Virus record (IMG/VR): IMGVR_UViG_2541047759_000001
DNA length: 64,000 nucleotides
Strand: one strand, 5' to 3'
Source of the DNA: a virus
Lineage: Duplodnaviria; Heunggongvirae; Uroviricota; Caudoviricetes
In this document: piece by piece, positions 1-10,233 of the stretch
How the letters are laid out: every line of letters starts with the position of its first letter
How positions within the stretch are numbered: position 1 is the stretch's first letter
Program-made: the position numbers and the translations under genes
Notes under the pieces: generated by a model
Databases searched by the model: none
What the model saw: the letters and a program-made list of their open reading frames with translations, nothing else
Told to the model about the DNA's origin: nothing

Positions 1-1119
1 TCAAATAACCAACTTAACCCATTCCTGACCTCGAGTATCGTTATAGCGATCGGTGGTTGCCTGGACTTTATGTCCTAGTAATGTTTTTGTATCGATACCC
101 TGTGCACGGTACAGCCGTTCTGATAGAGAGCGTTGTTCATGAAATGTTGGCGAAGTTTTTCCTGCTGGTGGAATTATCCCAGCCAGATCCCGTGCTTTGG
201 CAAAGTAGTCGCTCAGGTTGTCTTTACTCATCGGCTTCGGTTGTTTCTGGTGCCGACTATGGATTAGATATGGACTTAATATTCTGTCTCGGCACCCATC
301 AATAACTTCTTTTAACGTTATCCCAATGGCATCACAGCGTAGTGTAAGCGGTAACGCCAGACGCATTCCGGTTTTTCCCTGGGTGATATGCAAGTGTTCG
401 TTCCACACATCTGAAAAACGCATGTGGCAAATGTCATCACGGCGCTGACCAGTAACAATCGCAAGAAGCATTGCGTTACGGATAAAGTGTTTTTCAGGCG
501 TTGCATTGTAAATTTTTTGCCAGTCTTCCATGGTGAGCCTGGCTCTGGTTACTTTAGGGATCGGTTTACGGGTAGCCTCCGGAGGATTCCATCCAGGAGG
601 AACTTCCCCTGCATGCTGTGCTTCTTTATAAATATCAACCCATAATCCACGATTTACTCTCGCTGTGCTGACCATGTCTTTATCCAGCCACTCATCCAGT
701 ATTAATGCAAAGTCTCTTACTTCCAGTTCTTTCAATGGGTGGTTTCCCAGACGGGAAACCAGGTATGCAGCCATTCGAGTTTTTTCTTTGTGAGTTGTAG
801 CTGCAATATCTCCATTTTTCAGTCGCGTGTCCTGTATTTTCAGATATCGATCAACCCATGCCTTTAATCTGATACCCCGACGTTTTGTTGCTGACGGACT
901 TTCATCAATTTTGCGCATGAAATATTCAGCTTCTGCTGCAGCTATTCGCTGATTGGCTGTGGAAGCGATTTTTTCTGCCTTACCTTTGTCTGTTCCGAGT
1001 CCGTGAAATTTTCCAGTCACAGGATTTTTATACTGGTAGTAAACTCTGCCAGTTCTGCGATCAAACTTTTCGTAAAGACCGGCTACGTCAGTGCTGTTTT
1101 TTCGTGGCCTCGGTGACAT
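1..1119 (-). CDS. int: Tyrosine recombinase, phage integrase
   Basis: 372-aa ORF, stop at window bases 1-3; GGAG RBS 10 nt upstream of ATG at 1119; first gene at prophage edge. Confidence 0.88.
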   Translation of the reverse strand: MSPRPRKNSTDVAGLYEKFDRRTGRVYYQYKNPVTGKFHGLGTDKGKAEKIASTANQRIAAAEAEYFMRKIDESPSATKRRGIRLKAWVDRYLKIQDTRLKNGDIAATTHKEKTRMAAYLVSRLGNHPLKELEVRDFALILDEWLDKDMVSTARVNRGLWVDIYKEAQHAGEVPPGWNPPEATRKPIPKVTRARLTMEDWQKIYNATPEKHFIRNAMLLAIVTGQRRDDICHMRFSDVWNEHLHITQGKTGMRLALPLTLRCDAIGITLKEVIDGCRDRILSPYLIHSRHQKQPKPMSKDNLSDYFAKARDLAGIIPPAGKTSPTFHEQRSLSERLYRAQGIDTKTLLGHKVQATTDRYNDTRGQEWVKLVI

Positions 1120-1357
1120 GAGTTAAAATCTCCTTCAGTGCATCATCATCGCCAGTATGAATTTCCGGCGCAATTCCCGTTTCACCAGGCCCAACAAATA
1201 CTGCTCGGCGATCTATCAGCCAACGCCCACGAATTTTTTGTGGCCTTGGAACGATGTATCCTAGTTTTCCGTATTTCACCAGGGTAGTGTTTGTTATTGG
1301 GAGACTGAACCGTTTTGGTTTCCACTCGTCGAGCGTTATCAGGTACTGTTCGCTCAT
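1088..1357 (-). CDS. xis: Excisionase-like small DNA-binding protein
   Basis: Small ORF immediately upstream of and overlapping int; GGAG 8 nt before ATG at 1357; 'YLITLDEW' resembles the lambda Xis N-terminus. Confidence 0.65.
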   Translation of the reverse strand: MSEQYLITLDEWKPKRFSLPITNTTLVKYGKLGYIVPRPQKIRGRWLIDRRAVFVGPGETGIAPEIHTGDDDALKEILTHVTEATKKQH

Positions 1358-1418
1358 GGCTATCACTCCGGAACGCGCCAGTTGCAGAATATCAACGACA
1401 ACTGGCGACGGTTGAACA

Positions 1419-3860
1419 TTAAAAATCAGCCTGACTCGGGATCAGTTTTTGCCAGATAACTGAAACGTATTTTGCCTGGTAACGGGCGTCATCAAGTGCA
1501 TTATGGCGCTCACCTTCGAATGGAATAGCCGTTCTGGCATCGAAGTCTATGGCTTTCCCCAGCTCAACGATTGTGCGTACATCGCGATCGTTGTAGTAAC
1601 GCCACGGGCAGGGGATCCCCTGCCGTTCGTATGAACGGCGCAAAATCGTGTTGTCGAAGTTGGCTCCATTTCCCCAGACCTGAACAAAAAATTCACCGGA
1701 GTTTTCGTCGATAAATTCCCGCAATTGTAACAGTGCATCATCTAACGGGATTTCATCGGTCATAATGGCAGATTGCGCTTCGCGTGATTGCTTAAGCCAC
1801 CATTTAATGGTGTCCCGATCAATGACTCCGCCAGCAGTTTCCAGATCGATAGTCTTACTAAATTCCGGTCCCATATCTCCGGTTTGCGGATCGAAAAATA
1901 TTGCACCTATTGAGATGATCGGGGCATCAGGATTTTTTCCCATGGTTTCAAGGTCGATCATTAGATGGTCACACGTCCTGCTGGTGGATGTGATTTCTTG
2001 ATGACCGTTCACCTTAATTGAGTGATCTGCCGTCTCGCCAGTTTCATTATCGCTATCGTGATGCTGATTGCCGCCAGTGTTCTCCTTGTGTGGATGTTCA
2101 GCGCCTTCCATTTCCTCCGGATCATCTTCCTGAACTTCAACCTGATACTCTTCATCGAATGTTTCCTGGTATGTTGCGTCGCCCATCACCGCGCCACAAT
2201 CAGGGCAGTTGCCGCCGCCGGTCTGACCGCAGGCGGTGCAGACTTTTTCCACTTCCTGTTGCGCCACTGGTTCGGATTGTTTCGTTTCTGGCTCGTTTTG
2301 TAACGCATTTGGGCTGTTTTGTTCCGCTTTTTGGTCGTTCCGTTCCGATTCATGCTGGTTCTGGTTCACAGAATCGCGAGTCTGGATCCCTTTGACCCAT
2401 TTCGGATCATTAGGGTCGCTAATCCCCTCAACAAATTCACCACGCGATACAGCAAGTAACTTATCGGCGTCAGGCTGGCTGATATTGGCTGCCTGCATAA
2501 TTTTGTTTACTTCGTCAGCGGTGACTTTTACTTGGTTAGCGGAACTCACCTGCGACTGAGCATCCAGCGACTGCGCGTTCTGGCCATGTTCAGTTGTATC
2601 CGGTTCCATTGTTTCAGTTGTTGCCTGTTCACCTGCCATTGCGTCAGATGGTTGTGGTTTTTCTTCTTCTGTTTCACGCTCAGTAACCACCTCGCGGTTA
2701 ATTTCTTCCAGGATATCTTTTTCCGGCGTATGCCGGGCAGCTGTGAGAGTTTCCTTGCTGGGGTTCTCGTGATCAGTTTCCGTCAAATAGGCGTTGATAT
2801 ACCCCTGAAGGCGTCCCGGGTAGTGATAAAATTCAGGGTGTGCGCTTCGGATAAGTGCAAAAATAGCGGCGCGGGAATAGTCCAGAATACCCGGGGTTGC
2901 ACGAAGTGCTGCGGACCATTCTTTGAACGGACTTTCTTTGTTCAGGACTACTTCTTTTGCGCGACGATAAACGCTGCCCGGAATTTCATAAATATTAAAA
3001 TCCATCGGAAGTGTGGCTGCTGCAATCTCCACATCCAGTGTGTCGAGGGTGTGTACTAAATTCGGATTGCGATCGGTTTTGTTCCCACCGCCAGCATTAG
3101 CACCGGAAGCCGTGCGGGTGATGCGTGAAACACGATTTCCTTTCATCCACTCTTTTGTCAGCAAACCCCGATCAGTGTAGTCAGCGTCTAGGTATGCTTC
3201 GAAAAAAGCAGTTATTAGTCCCAGGTCTGAATTACCAGGATTAGGGAAAACTTTGTCAGTGTCACGAACCAGTTTGTGGAGGTCGCGAATCTCCAGCGAG
3301 TCGAGCAGACTGGTTTTATGCGAAATAGCCAGGGCAGTAACAGCCGGTAGTTCTTCAGCCCGTGCAATGTGTAATGCCTGGAGTTCGTCGCGTGAAACGT
3401 GCGTTACTGGTTTTTCGCTGCCGTGTTGAGCAAGCCAACGAATGGGCAGTTCCTGACCGGAGACAGGCAGAAGCATGCTCTCCTCAATCTCAGTCATGGC
3501 TTCGCCGTTGATGTTGGTATTGTCAGTGCTGGCTGGTTTGTCCTGAACAGAGGGGGAAGGGCCGATAAATGTCATTGTGATGCCATCTTTCCCGCCTTTT
3601 TCATAGCGATTGCAGAATTCAGTATCAAACACGCCTTCTGGCGGAAGGTCGTCAACAACGGGCAAATTGACGCGGACGGGTTTTTTAAAGTCGTCTTCAT
3701 CATAATCGTTGTCATCCATTGCGGTAATGCAGCGGGAGATTGCAACAGATAATTTTTTTGCTGTAGTCCAGTAAAAACCACCTTTAATTCCTAGGCGTTT
3801 TCTTACTTTGTCATTTTTTGCTTCGCAATATAGTGCAAATTCTTCTTTATCAGTGCTCAT
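1419..3860 (-). CDS. Large exonuclease with C-terminal DnaQ/DEDDh 3'-5' exonuclease domain
   Basis: 813-aa ORF; C-terminal motifs 'MIDLETMG', 'WGNGANFD', 'HNALDDA' fit DEDDh; acidic low-complexity N-terminal region. Confidence 0.8.
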   Translation of the reverse strand: MSTDKEEFALYCEAKNDKVRKRLGIKGGFYWTTAKKLSVAISRCITAMDDNDYDEDDFKKPVRVNLPVVDDLPPEGVFDTEFCNRYEKGGKDGITMTFIGPSPSVQDKPASTDNTNINGEAMTEIEESMLLPVSGQELPIRWLAQHGSEKPVTHVSRDELQALHIARAEELPAVTALAISHKTSLLDSLEIRDLHKLVRDTDKVFPNPGNSDLGLITAFFEAYLDADYTDRGLLTKEWMKGNRVSRITRTASGANAGGGNKTDRNPNLVHTLDTLDVEIAAATLPMDFNIYEIPGSVYRRAKEVVLNKESPFKEWSAALRATPGILDYSRAAIFALIRSAHPEFYHYPGRLQGYINAYLTETDHENPSKETLTAARHTPEKDILEEINREVVTERETEEEKPQPSDAMAGEQATTETMEPDTTEHGQNAQSLDAQSQVSSANQVKVTADEVNKIMQAANISQPDADKLLAVSRGEFVEGISDPNDPKWVKGIQTRDSVNQNQHESERNDQKAEQNSPNALQNEPETKQSEPVAQQEVEKVCTACGQTGGGNCPDCGAVMGDATYQETFDEEYQVEVQEDDPEEMEGAEHPHKENTGGNQHHDSDNETGETADHSIKVNGHQEITSTSRTCDHLMIDLETMGKNPDAPIISIGAIFFDPQTGDMGPEFSKTIDLETAGGVIDRDTIKWWLKQSREAQSAIMTDEIPLDDALLQLREFIDENSGEFFVQVWGNGANFDNTILRRSYERQGIPCPWRYYNDRDVRTIVELGKAIDFDARTAIPFEGERHNALDDARYQAKYVSVIWQKLIPSQADF

Positions 3861-3953
3861 TATTGGTAAACCTCATCACAGATTTAAGGGTGAACAAATC
3901 TCTGCCATTGCTGACATATAAGAATGAAACTGGATATTTATTACGGTGCTGTT

Positions 3954-4145
3954 TTAAAATCCTGCCGGGATTTCGTTATTATCCTGGTGAATAACTTTAT
4001 CGACCGGATAACAGTTGCCTGGAATTTTCTGTTCGGTTGCTGCTGCCATACATTCCTGCATTGTTCTGTGAACACTGACTGCAATATCAACTGACTCTCC
4101 GGAAACAAGAAAAACCGTCAGAATAAGTGCAAATACTGGATTCAT
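3954..4145 (-). CDS. Small hypothetical protein with hydrophobic N-terminus (possible signal peptide)
   Basis: ATG at 4145 overlaps upstream stop in an ATGA arrangement; 'MNPVFALILTVFLVSG' hydrophobic start; Cys residues. Confidence 0.45.
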   Translation of the reverse strand: MNPVFALILTVFLVSGESVDIAVSVHRTMQECMAAATEQKIPGNCYPVDKVIHQDNNEIPAGF

Positions 4146-4330
4146 TGTGCACATCCTTTTGGCATCAGACGTAAACGGGCCAGCATTGAAACAATGCATA
4201 CTTTATTTAATAACTCCCGTTCGTGTTTTCTTTTGTTAATGGCATCTTCAGTAAATACAGGATTACTGATAGTGACACCAATTTCAAAACAACCTTCAGA
4301 CGTATTAACGTTTGGTAATAACGTTTTCAT
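4142..4330 (-). CDS. Hypothetical small protein
   Basis: 62-aa ORF with GAGGG RBS upstream of ATG at 4330; translationally coupled to the downstream small gene. Confidence 0.35.
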   Translation of the reverse strand: MKTLLPNVNTSEGCFEIGVTISNPVFTEDAINKRKHERELLNKVCIVSMLARLRLMPKGCAQ

Positions 4331-4898
4331 TATCGCGCCCTCAACAATGAGTTTTGTGATGCGGTGCCTGGTGCCTCCAGGTGACGTTAACCAGTTAACA
4401 ATTAACGCCGGATACAGAGAATCCACCCATAACACTGTTTTTGGTTTTAACTGTTCCGCGTGCGCTTAGCCGCATTCACCGCATCACAAAATTCACTTTA
4501 AAAAGGGCGGCAGAGCAGTCACGGAGTAAAACTGATACCGCCAAACGTCACCAGAAAATTGATAACAGAGGGCGTTGCAGTGGGGTTGTCACTTAAGCGT
4601 ATGGTCAACCTGACAACCCGGTGTCCTCAACGGGGGAAGGAATAACCCCGCCATACTTACCGCCGCGCCATTTCGCGGATTGCCACAACCGGAAGCGCAC
4701 GGTCGACGAAAATTTAACGACAGGCTATCTATGAACCAGCTACCTCGCCGTGCGCTTTCGCGTTATGGTCTGACTTTTCAGGGAAATATCCTTTCAGTAA
4801 ACTGTCAGTGCCGGATGCTCACCCGTGTCCGGCGCACGCACTCCACCTCACCCGTGGAGAACTCCTTAATTACCAACCTTAGCTTCGTTGGTTATCTA

Positions 4899-5117
4899 TT
4901 AACGCGGGTATGTAATCATTCTGGCAATGCTTAATGCCGCTGCTTTTTCCAGCCTGGTGATATCCTGCTCCAGAGCGGACAGATTTTCAGCCTGCTTAGC
5001 TCTGGCTTCATTAGCCCATTTCAGATCCTGCGCTGCATTAATTTTCTGGCGCATCCACTCATAAAGTTCATCATCGGTATAGTCTGGCGCGATGATGACG
5101 GGTTCTCGTTTCTGCAT
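4899..5117 (-). CDS. Hypothetical early-leftward-operon protein
   Basis: 72-aa ORF in leftward operon downstream of the cI-side regulatory region. Confidence 0.5.
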   Translation of the reverse strand: MQKREPVIIAPDYTDDELYEWMRQKINAAQDLKWANEARAKQAENLSALEQDITRLEKAAALSIARMITYPR

Positions 5118-5146
5118 ACTGATTCCTCGCGGTGCTGTTTCGCTTA

Positions 5147-5275
5147 TCAGCCGTTAGATTTTGCCGAACTGGAAAGCGCCTGTTTAAATTCGTTGAAGCT
5201 GTGAGCTTCTTCGCCTTCGGCAAGGCCTTCGAAGTATTCTTCGTAAGCCTTTTCCATGATTGTGTCAAAATCCAT
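5147..5275 (-). CDS. Small acidic hypothetical protein (42 aa)
   Basis: AGGTGAG RBS 5 nt upstream of ATG at 5275, 1 nt after the upstream gene stop; below the 60-aa ORF-track cutoff. Confidence 0.45.
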   Translation of the reverse strand: MDFDTIMEKAYEEYFEGLAEGEEAHSFNEFKQALSSSAKSNG

Positions 5276-5276
5276 A

Positions 5277-5513
5277 TCACTCACCTGAGTTTCTTTCCAG
5301 CCAGCGACGGGCACCATTTTCGGTTTTAAACGTTTTGCTTTTTGTATACGTCATTGCGGTGAAGGTGCCGTCCTGGTTTGGAAACACGCCGTACACCAGA
5401 GATTCGTTGTTGCCAAGATCGATAGTATCCATGCTGACCTCATTTCCCCTTAACGCCGGGGTAGCGGAACAAAAACCTGCTGCATAGTTATTAAAGTTGA
5501 ACCCTGCCGTCAT
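5277..5513 (-). CDS. Hypothetical early-leftward-operon protein
   Basis: 78-aa ORF, first gene of the leftward operon. Confidence 0.5.
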   Translation of the reverse strand: MTAGFNFNNYAAGFCSATPALRGNEVSMDTIDLGNNESLVYGVFPNQDGTFTAMTYTKSKTFKTENGARRWLERNSGE

Positions 5514-5638
5514 GTTCTTACGCCTCGGGCTGGCTACTTAACCCCTGACCACTGCCTGGTAACTCGAAGTATTGCCCTGCATTCTGTAGGATGGGGTGAG
5601 GGAATGAATGAAGTTTAGAAAAACGAACTTTTCAGGTC

Positions 5639-5660
5639 AATGTTTTTTTATCAAAACATT
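5639..5660. promoter_or_regulatory. Putative left operator palindrome AATGTTTT-N6-AAAACATT
   Basis: Perfect 8-bp inverted repeat between the cI 3' end and the leftward operon; same half-site as the palindrome at 6362-6380. Confidence 0.45.
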
Positions 5661-5724
5661 TTAAGCAGGCAGCTGTTAAGCCATCACCACGATGGCATAC
5701 AGTTAATCAAATAGATGAGGTTGG

Positions 5725-6363
5725 TTAAATATCTTGTTGAATTTTAAAGCATACGCCCAATATGCAAGATAGATCATCCAGCATAATTGAAGGGTAGCGA
5801 GGATTCGTGGGGACTAAAAGAATATCCGGCCCTTCTATCTCCAGTTTACGAATGACAGGTGTTGTGGTCCCTTTGGGTAAGGCAAGGACAATATTTCCTG
5901 GTTGTACGGTTCGATCGGGATCAACAAAAACTGTTGAACCATTTGGGATGGAAACTCCCCCACCAGATGTTGACATACTGTCACTCTCTAGAACAACTGC
6001 AAAGGTATTGACCGGGATTTCTCCGACAAGCTGCACACAAGAGGTTATTGAGGAATTTTTCATATAATCACTCCAGCTTGCTGCCTGCTGAAGTGATAGT
6101 AGCGGAACCGTTTTTATCGGCGGTAAAGATAGATCAAGCGAATCACCTGTATTTAACTCTCCTCCATTAAGAAGCCAATTTTCGTTTACTTTCAATATTT
6201 TTGCCAGTGAACTTATGTAACGCGAGGACGGCGCTCCTCCACCGTTCATCCATTGACTTACGGAGCCTTTTGATGCGCCAGTGCCATTGACAAGGTCTTT
6301 GCCTTTCAGGTTTAGCGCATGCATACGTTGGGTTATGCGTTCAGATATAGTTTGCTTGCTCAT
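5725..6363 (-). CDS. cI: CI-like repressor, N-terminal HTH plus C-terminal S24 LexA-like peptidase domain
   Basis: 212 aa; HTH-like 'GASKGSVSQWMNG'; C-terminal region with Ser and Lys consistent with a self-cleaving S24 domain; divergent from cro. Confidence 0.8.
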   Translation of the reverse strand: MSKQTISERITQRMHALNLKGKDLVNGTGASKGSVSQWMNGGGAPSSRYISSLAKILKVNENWLLNGGELNTGDSLDLSLPPIKTVPLLSLQQAASWSDYMKNSSITSCVQLVGEIPVNTFAVVLESDSMSTSGGGVSIPNGSTVFVDPDRTVQPGNIVLALPKGTTTPVIRKLEIEGPDILLVPTNPRYPSIMLDDLSCILGVCFKIQQDI

Positions 6364-6380
6364 GTTTTGATTTTAAAACA
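6362..6380. promoter_or_regulatory. Putative right operator palindrome ATGTTTT-N5-AAAACA overlapping the cI start
   Basis: Inverted repeat sharing half-sites with the 5639-5660 palindrome; lies in the cI-cro divergent intergenic region. Confidence 0.45.
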
Positions 6381-6396
6381 CAGATGGTTTTGTTTC

Positions 6397-6424
6397 TTGA
6401 CTTTCTTTGGTTTTGATTATTAAA
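6397..6424 (+). promoter_or_regulatory. Candidate pR-like promoter for cro
   Basis: TTGACT at 6397-6402 and TATTAA at 6419-6424, 16-bp spacer, about 30 nt upstream of the cro ATG. Confidence 0.35.
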
Positions 6425-6454
6425 CTTTTGACGTTCAGTTTTATGGAGCGACTC

Positions 6455-6697
6455 ATGAAAAAATCAGAAGTATTAGGCTATTTTGGCGGAGTTGTTAAAA
6501 CAGCCGCAGCTCTAGGAACGTCAAAAACCACAGTCAGCATGTGGGGGGAAGAGGTTCCGTGGAAATGGGCGTTGCTAATTCAGGCAGTCACTGCCGGGGC
6601 GCTCAAATATGAGTTACACATACCGACGGTTGTCATTCCCGGTTCTGATCATAATCCGCCTTCTAACCAAGGGGGGATTCATGAAAATCAAGCATGA
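6455..6697 (+). CDS. cro: Cro-like HTH regulator
   Basis: GGAG 6 nt upstream of ATG at 6455; 'GYFGGVVKTAAALGTSKTTVSMW' HTH; divergent from cI. Confidence 0.7.
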   Translation: MKKSEVLGYFGGVVKTAAALGTSKTTVSMWGEEVPWKWALLIQAVTAGALKYELHIPTVVIPGSDHNPPSNQGGIHENQA

Positions 6698-7106
6698 ACA
6701 CATCCGCATGGCGATGAATGCCTGGGCGCATCCGGACGGCGAAAAAGTACCGGCTGCGAAAATTACCAAAGCGTATTTCGAGCTGGGAATGACGTTCCCG
6801 GAACTGTATGACGACAGCCATCCGGAAGCCCTGGCTCGCAATACCCAGAAAATTTTCCGCTGGGTAGAGAAAGACACCCCTGATGCAGTTGAAAAAATTC
6901 AGGCGTTGTTACCAGCGATCGAAAAGGCAATGCCACCTTTGCTGGTGGCCAGAATGCGCAGCCACAGTTCAGCTTATTTTCGGGAGCTGGTGGAGACGCG
7001 GGAGCGACTGGTGAGAGACGCTGATGATTTTGTCGCAGTGGCAATCGCCGGTTTCAATCAGATGAACCGTGGTGGCCCGGCAGGAAATGCTGTGGCAGTA
7101 CATTGA
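6681..7106 (+). CDS. Early regulatory protein, YdaT/CII-position protein
   Basis: 141-aa ORF directly downstream of cro, overlapping its end; function assigned by position only. Confidence 0.5.
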   Translation: MKIKHEHIRMAMNAWAHPDGEKVPAAKITKAYFELGMTFPELYDDSHPEALARNTQKIFRWVEKDTPDAVEKIQALLPAIEKAMPPLLVARMRSHSSAYFRELVETRERLVRDADDFVAVAIAGFNQMNRGGPAGNAVAVH

Positions 7107-7177
7107 CTGACAATAGCCATATCGAATCGCTTCCGGCAACTCGTGAGTAAAAAGATTCGGTATCAGAAGAGGTGAGT

Positions 7178-8248
7178 ATGGCTAACGCCTGGCTCAGATT
7201 ATGGCATGACATGCCAAATGACCCTAAGTGGCGAACAATTGCCAGGGTGTCAGGGCAGCCAATTGCAACAGTGATGGCAGTGTATATCCACCTCCTGGTG
7301 AGCGCGTCACGAAATGTCACGCGAGGTCACATTGATGTCACGACAGAAGATTTGGCAAGTGCGCTCGACGTGACAGAAGAGGTAATTGATTCAATTTTGC
7401 AGACGATGCAGGGGCGGGTACTTGATGGTGATTTAATCACTGGATGGGAAAAACGCCAGGTGCTGAAAGAGGACAACGGCAATATTTCGCAAACCGCAAA
7501 ATCTCCGGCAGAGCGCAAGAGGGCGCAGCGAGAGAGGGAAAGAAAGCGGGAACAAAATGGCGATTGTCACGGCGAGTCACGAAATGTCACGCACATGTCA
7601 CGACGAGTCACGACAGATAAAGATACAGATAAAGATACAGATCAAGAAGATCAAAACACTATGGTCCATGGCGTAAAAAACGCCACGAACCAGGCAGGGG
7701 ATGTTCAGACCGTCACTCCTGGCCAGCCCGCAGGCACGACACCGGAAGCCGATTCAGCGTATGCGCTGAAAGCCGATTCGGGCGCTGTGCAGCAGGTGAT
7801 GACCGCAAGGCAGGAGCAATCACACCAACTTCAGCAGCCTGAAGCCGATTCCGCCATTCAGCGGGAAGCCGATCGGGTAGTCCCGGAAAACACCGGGCAG
7901 CCTGTGGGACGAGTGGATTATCCTGATGTGTTCGAACAGGTCTGGCGGGAATACCCGTTGCGTGCCGGGGCAAACCCGAAGAAATCCGCTTTCAGTGCCT
8001 GGAAAGCCAGATTACGCGAGGGGGTGCCACCAGAGGCCATGCTGGATGGCGTGAGGCGTTACGCAAGATACCTTGCGGCTACCGGGAAAACGGGAACGGA
8101 ATTTGTTCAGCGAGCGACGACGTTTTTTGGACCGGACCGGAATTTTGAAAACCCCTGGCTGCTCCCGGTAAGCGGCACGAACAACCAGCGTTGTGTGAAT
8201 CATATTTCTGAACCGGATAACGAAATTCCGCCGGGCTTCAGGGGGTAA
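7178..8248 (+). CDS. Replication initiator, replisome-organiser type, with internal iterons
   Basis: AGAGGTGAG RBS; N-terminal 'WLRLWHDMPNDPKW' domain; two clusters of GTCACG repeats inside the coding region, as in lambda O. Confidence 0.75.
   Translation: MANAWLRLWHDMPNDPKWRTIARVSGQPIATVMAVYIHLLVSASRNVTRGHIDVTTEDLASALDVTEEVIDSILQTMQGRVLDGDLITGWEKRQVLKEDNGNISQTAKSPAERKRAQRERERKREQNGDCHGESRNVTHMSRRVTTDKDTDKDTDQEDQNTMVHGVKNATNQAGDVQTVTPGQPAGTTPEADSAYALKADSGAVQQVMTARQEQSHQLQQPEADSAIQREADRVVPENTGQPVGRVDYPDVFEQVWREYPLRAGANPKKSAFSAWKARLREGVPPEAMLDGVRRYARYLAATGKTGTEFVQRATTFFGPDRNFENPWLLPVSGTNNQRCVNHISEPDNEIPPGFRG
7306..7650. repeat. Origin-like iteron clusters (GTCACG at about 10-bp spacing) followed by AT-rich GATAAAGATACAG repeats
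   Basis: Cluster 1 at 7306-7345 (4 copies), cluster 2 at 7566-7615 (5 copies), AT-rich repeat at 7616-7650. Confidence 0.65.
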
Positions 8249-8288
8249 GTGTTAATTTCTGGTCATGAGGTAATTTTCAGGAGGGCTT

Positions 8289-8711
8289 GTGGCAAAAGTT
8301 TTTACACAAGAAGAGCGGGAAAAAATTAAAGGACAGGTTCTTGAACTCGTACGCCAGAGTGGGCGCGAGACGTTACGACAACTGGAAGCTAAAACTGGGG
8401 CAACAAGATATCTGATGAGCGTTCTGGCCAGAGAGCTGGTTGCCAGTGGCGATGTATACAATTCTGGCTACGGGTTATTCCCGTCTGAACAGGCTCGTAA
8501 AGACTGGCAAAATGCCCGCAAAAAATTATCGAGGGCAAAGCTGAAGAAACCGGTTGTGGTTGATCCGGACCTTATCTGGTCGTTACCTGACGGAGAAATA
8601 CGTCGCTACGACAGTCGCCTAAACATAATCTGTCGCGAGTGCCGGAAGAGTGAAGCTATGCAGCGTGTACTGGCTTTCTATCAGGGTAATTTTCAGGAGG
8701 CGGTACTGTGA
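8289..8711 (+). CDS. Hypothetical phage protein
   Basis: 140-aa ORF with AGGAGG RBS before a GTG start. Confidence 0.55.
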   Translation: MAKVFTQEEREKIKGQVLELVRQSGRETLRQLEAKTGATRYLMSVLARELVASGDVYNSGYGLFPSEQARKDWQNARKKLSRAKLKKPVVVDPDLIWSLPDGEIRRYDSRLNIICRECRKSEAMQRVLAFYQGNFQEAVL

Positions 8712-8768
8712 GTGAAATTAGCTATCAGGCTTCAATTACCGCTGGCATTCGCATCAAAGGAGAGGAGC

Positions 8769-9125
8769 ATGGAAATAAAACCAGAGGATGAGTTAAGCAA
8801 TATCGTTTTATTTCCGGTAAAAGAGGATGACCCTCGTAATCAGGTTAATTTTCTTTATGAGCCATCGGAAAGACCATATTGTCATCACGCCTCTGTCCGG
8901 GTTGACGAAAAAGAGCGTCAGGTCCGCTGTAAAATCTGCGGTGCAGTTGTGGAGCCATTTGACTGGATGCTCTCTGTGGCGAAAAGAGAAAGCAGACTGG
9001 CAGATGATGTAAGGCTCTTGCGTCAGGAGGAGCGGGAAAGGCGAAAAAATATAGAAAAGCTAATTCAGATTGAGCGTAACGCGAAAGCGCGGATACGCAG
9101 GGCGACAAAATCCAGAACTGAATAA
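8769..9125 (+). CDS. Hypothetical zinc-ribbon protein
   Basis: AGGAGAGGAG RBS before ATG; 'CHH...CKICG' Cys/His cluster. Confidence 0.55.
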   Translation: MEIKPEDELSNIVLFPVKEDDPRNQVNFLYEPSERPYCHHASVRVDEKERQVRCKICGAVVEPFDWMLSVAKRESRLADDVRLLRQEERERRKNIEKLIQIERNAKARIRRATKSRTE

Positions 9126-9218
9126 TTAAATTTAGCTCTGTTAAAAATTTAATCCTTAACCGGAGGGATTTCTGCACCCTCAGAACATCAGGAGGCCGCC
9201 CGAAAGGGCGGTAGTTAA

Positions 9219-9401
9219 ATGCGAAAGTTTAAAATAATTATTGAAACGGGAATAGCCGGTGGAGATTTCGAGGATGAATTCGAAGTGGATGATGATGCGA
9301 CGCCTGATGAAATACATGACGAAGCAAAAGATATTTTCTTTAACTACTGCAATTACTCATATCACGAAATAAAAGACAAAGAGGAAGAACAAAATGGCTG
9401 A
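9219..9401 (+). CDS. Small acidic hypothetical protein
   Basis: 60-aa ORF, strongly acidic. Confidence 0.4.
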   Translation: MRKFKIIIETGIAGGDFEDEFEVDDDATPDEIHDEAKDIFFNYCNYSYHEIKDKEEEQNG

Positions 9402-9570
9402 TTTTGGTTCAACTAAATACAACGTCAGTTTTGAAGAATGGCATGAACTGTTAATGGACTATGCAGAGTTACGTGGTGGCAGTGCTGCTGATGCTGAAGC
9501 ATGGCGTGATGATTATGAAGCAGGAAAAACTCCGGTCGAAGCATATTGTGATGAGTGGGGCGATGAATGA
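9394..9570 (+). CDS. Small acidic hypothetical protein (58 aa)
   Basis: ATG at 9394 overlaps the upstream stop; ORF read directly from sequence, below the track cutoff. Confidence 0.4.
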   Translation: MADFGSTKYNVSFEEWHELLMDYAELRGGSAADAEAWRDDYEAGKTPVEAYCDEWGDE

Positions 9571-10053
9571 GCGAGGTTAATTATCAGGAAGGGCATGAAA
9601 CGGCGGGGCAAGCAAAAACAGTGGCATGGCGATATCGCTACGTGAAAAAAAAGGCGTTACGGACTTTCAGGGGAAGTAGTGGTCTGGTGACTGGAAATAT
9701 GTACCGAAAAAAGAGGATTGTAACGACAGGCCGAACTATGAAATTCAGGCCTTATTCACTGCCTCGCCAGTCCCGGTTACATCAGAAGAACTGGTTAAAG
9801 CTGTGCACTTTTATGAACAACTAAAACGCGAAAATCCACCAGCATCCGGAAACCTGATTACAGATTCCCAGATAAGGCAATGAGCTACCTGGCGCAGAAC
9901 GGGCTGATAAGTATGGGGAATGTTTTACGATGAATATTTAGACTAAAGAGTTTGTAACGCTATGTAAGTGATTTTTTCTGGTTTAGATATTTATATGTCC
10001 GGCCAAACTGAGGTGTGTTTAAATGTAATTGCACATTGATTGTAGGAGGAATA

Positions 10054-10233
10054 ATGAAAAACGCATTGCAGTTTTTGTTTGTTGCGTTCTGGTTGTTCGT
10101 ATCATGTATGCCCATCATCTTCACAGCAAGGTATATGGAAAAAGTTGATGTTTTGATATTAATATTTGGATATATAAATGCCCTTTTTTTAGGGGTGTTC
10201 ATGGCGGTCATGTGCATTGAATACTGGCGGTAA
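10054..10233 (+). CDS. Small hydrophobic membrane protein in AT-rich segment
   Basis: AGGAGG RBS 5 nt upstream of ATG at 10054; two predicted hydrophobic helices; low-GC surroundings. Confidence 0.5.
   Translation: MKNALQFLFVAFWLFVSCMPIIFTARYMEKVDVLILIFGYINALFLGVFMAVMCIEYWR

Noticed and set aside
7306-7650. Possible CRISPR array, because of regularly spaced short repeats
   Set aside because: Repeats are 6-bp GTCACG units at helical spacing inside a replication gene, with no 28-37 bp repeat-spacer structure or cas genes; they are iterons. No CRISPR array was found elsewhere in the window.
9567-9824. 85-aa highly basic ORF after the small acidic genes
   Set aside because: No convincing RBS and a Lys/Arg-rich low-complexity translation. 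A more protein-like alternative frame lacks any start codon, so the region may be a decayed gene.
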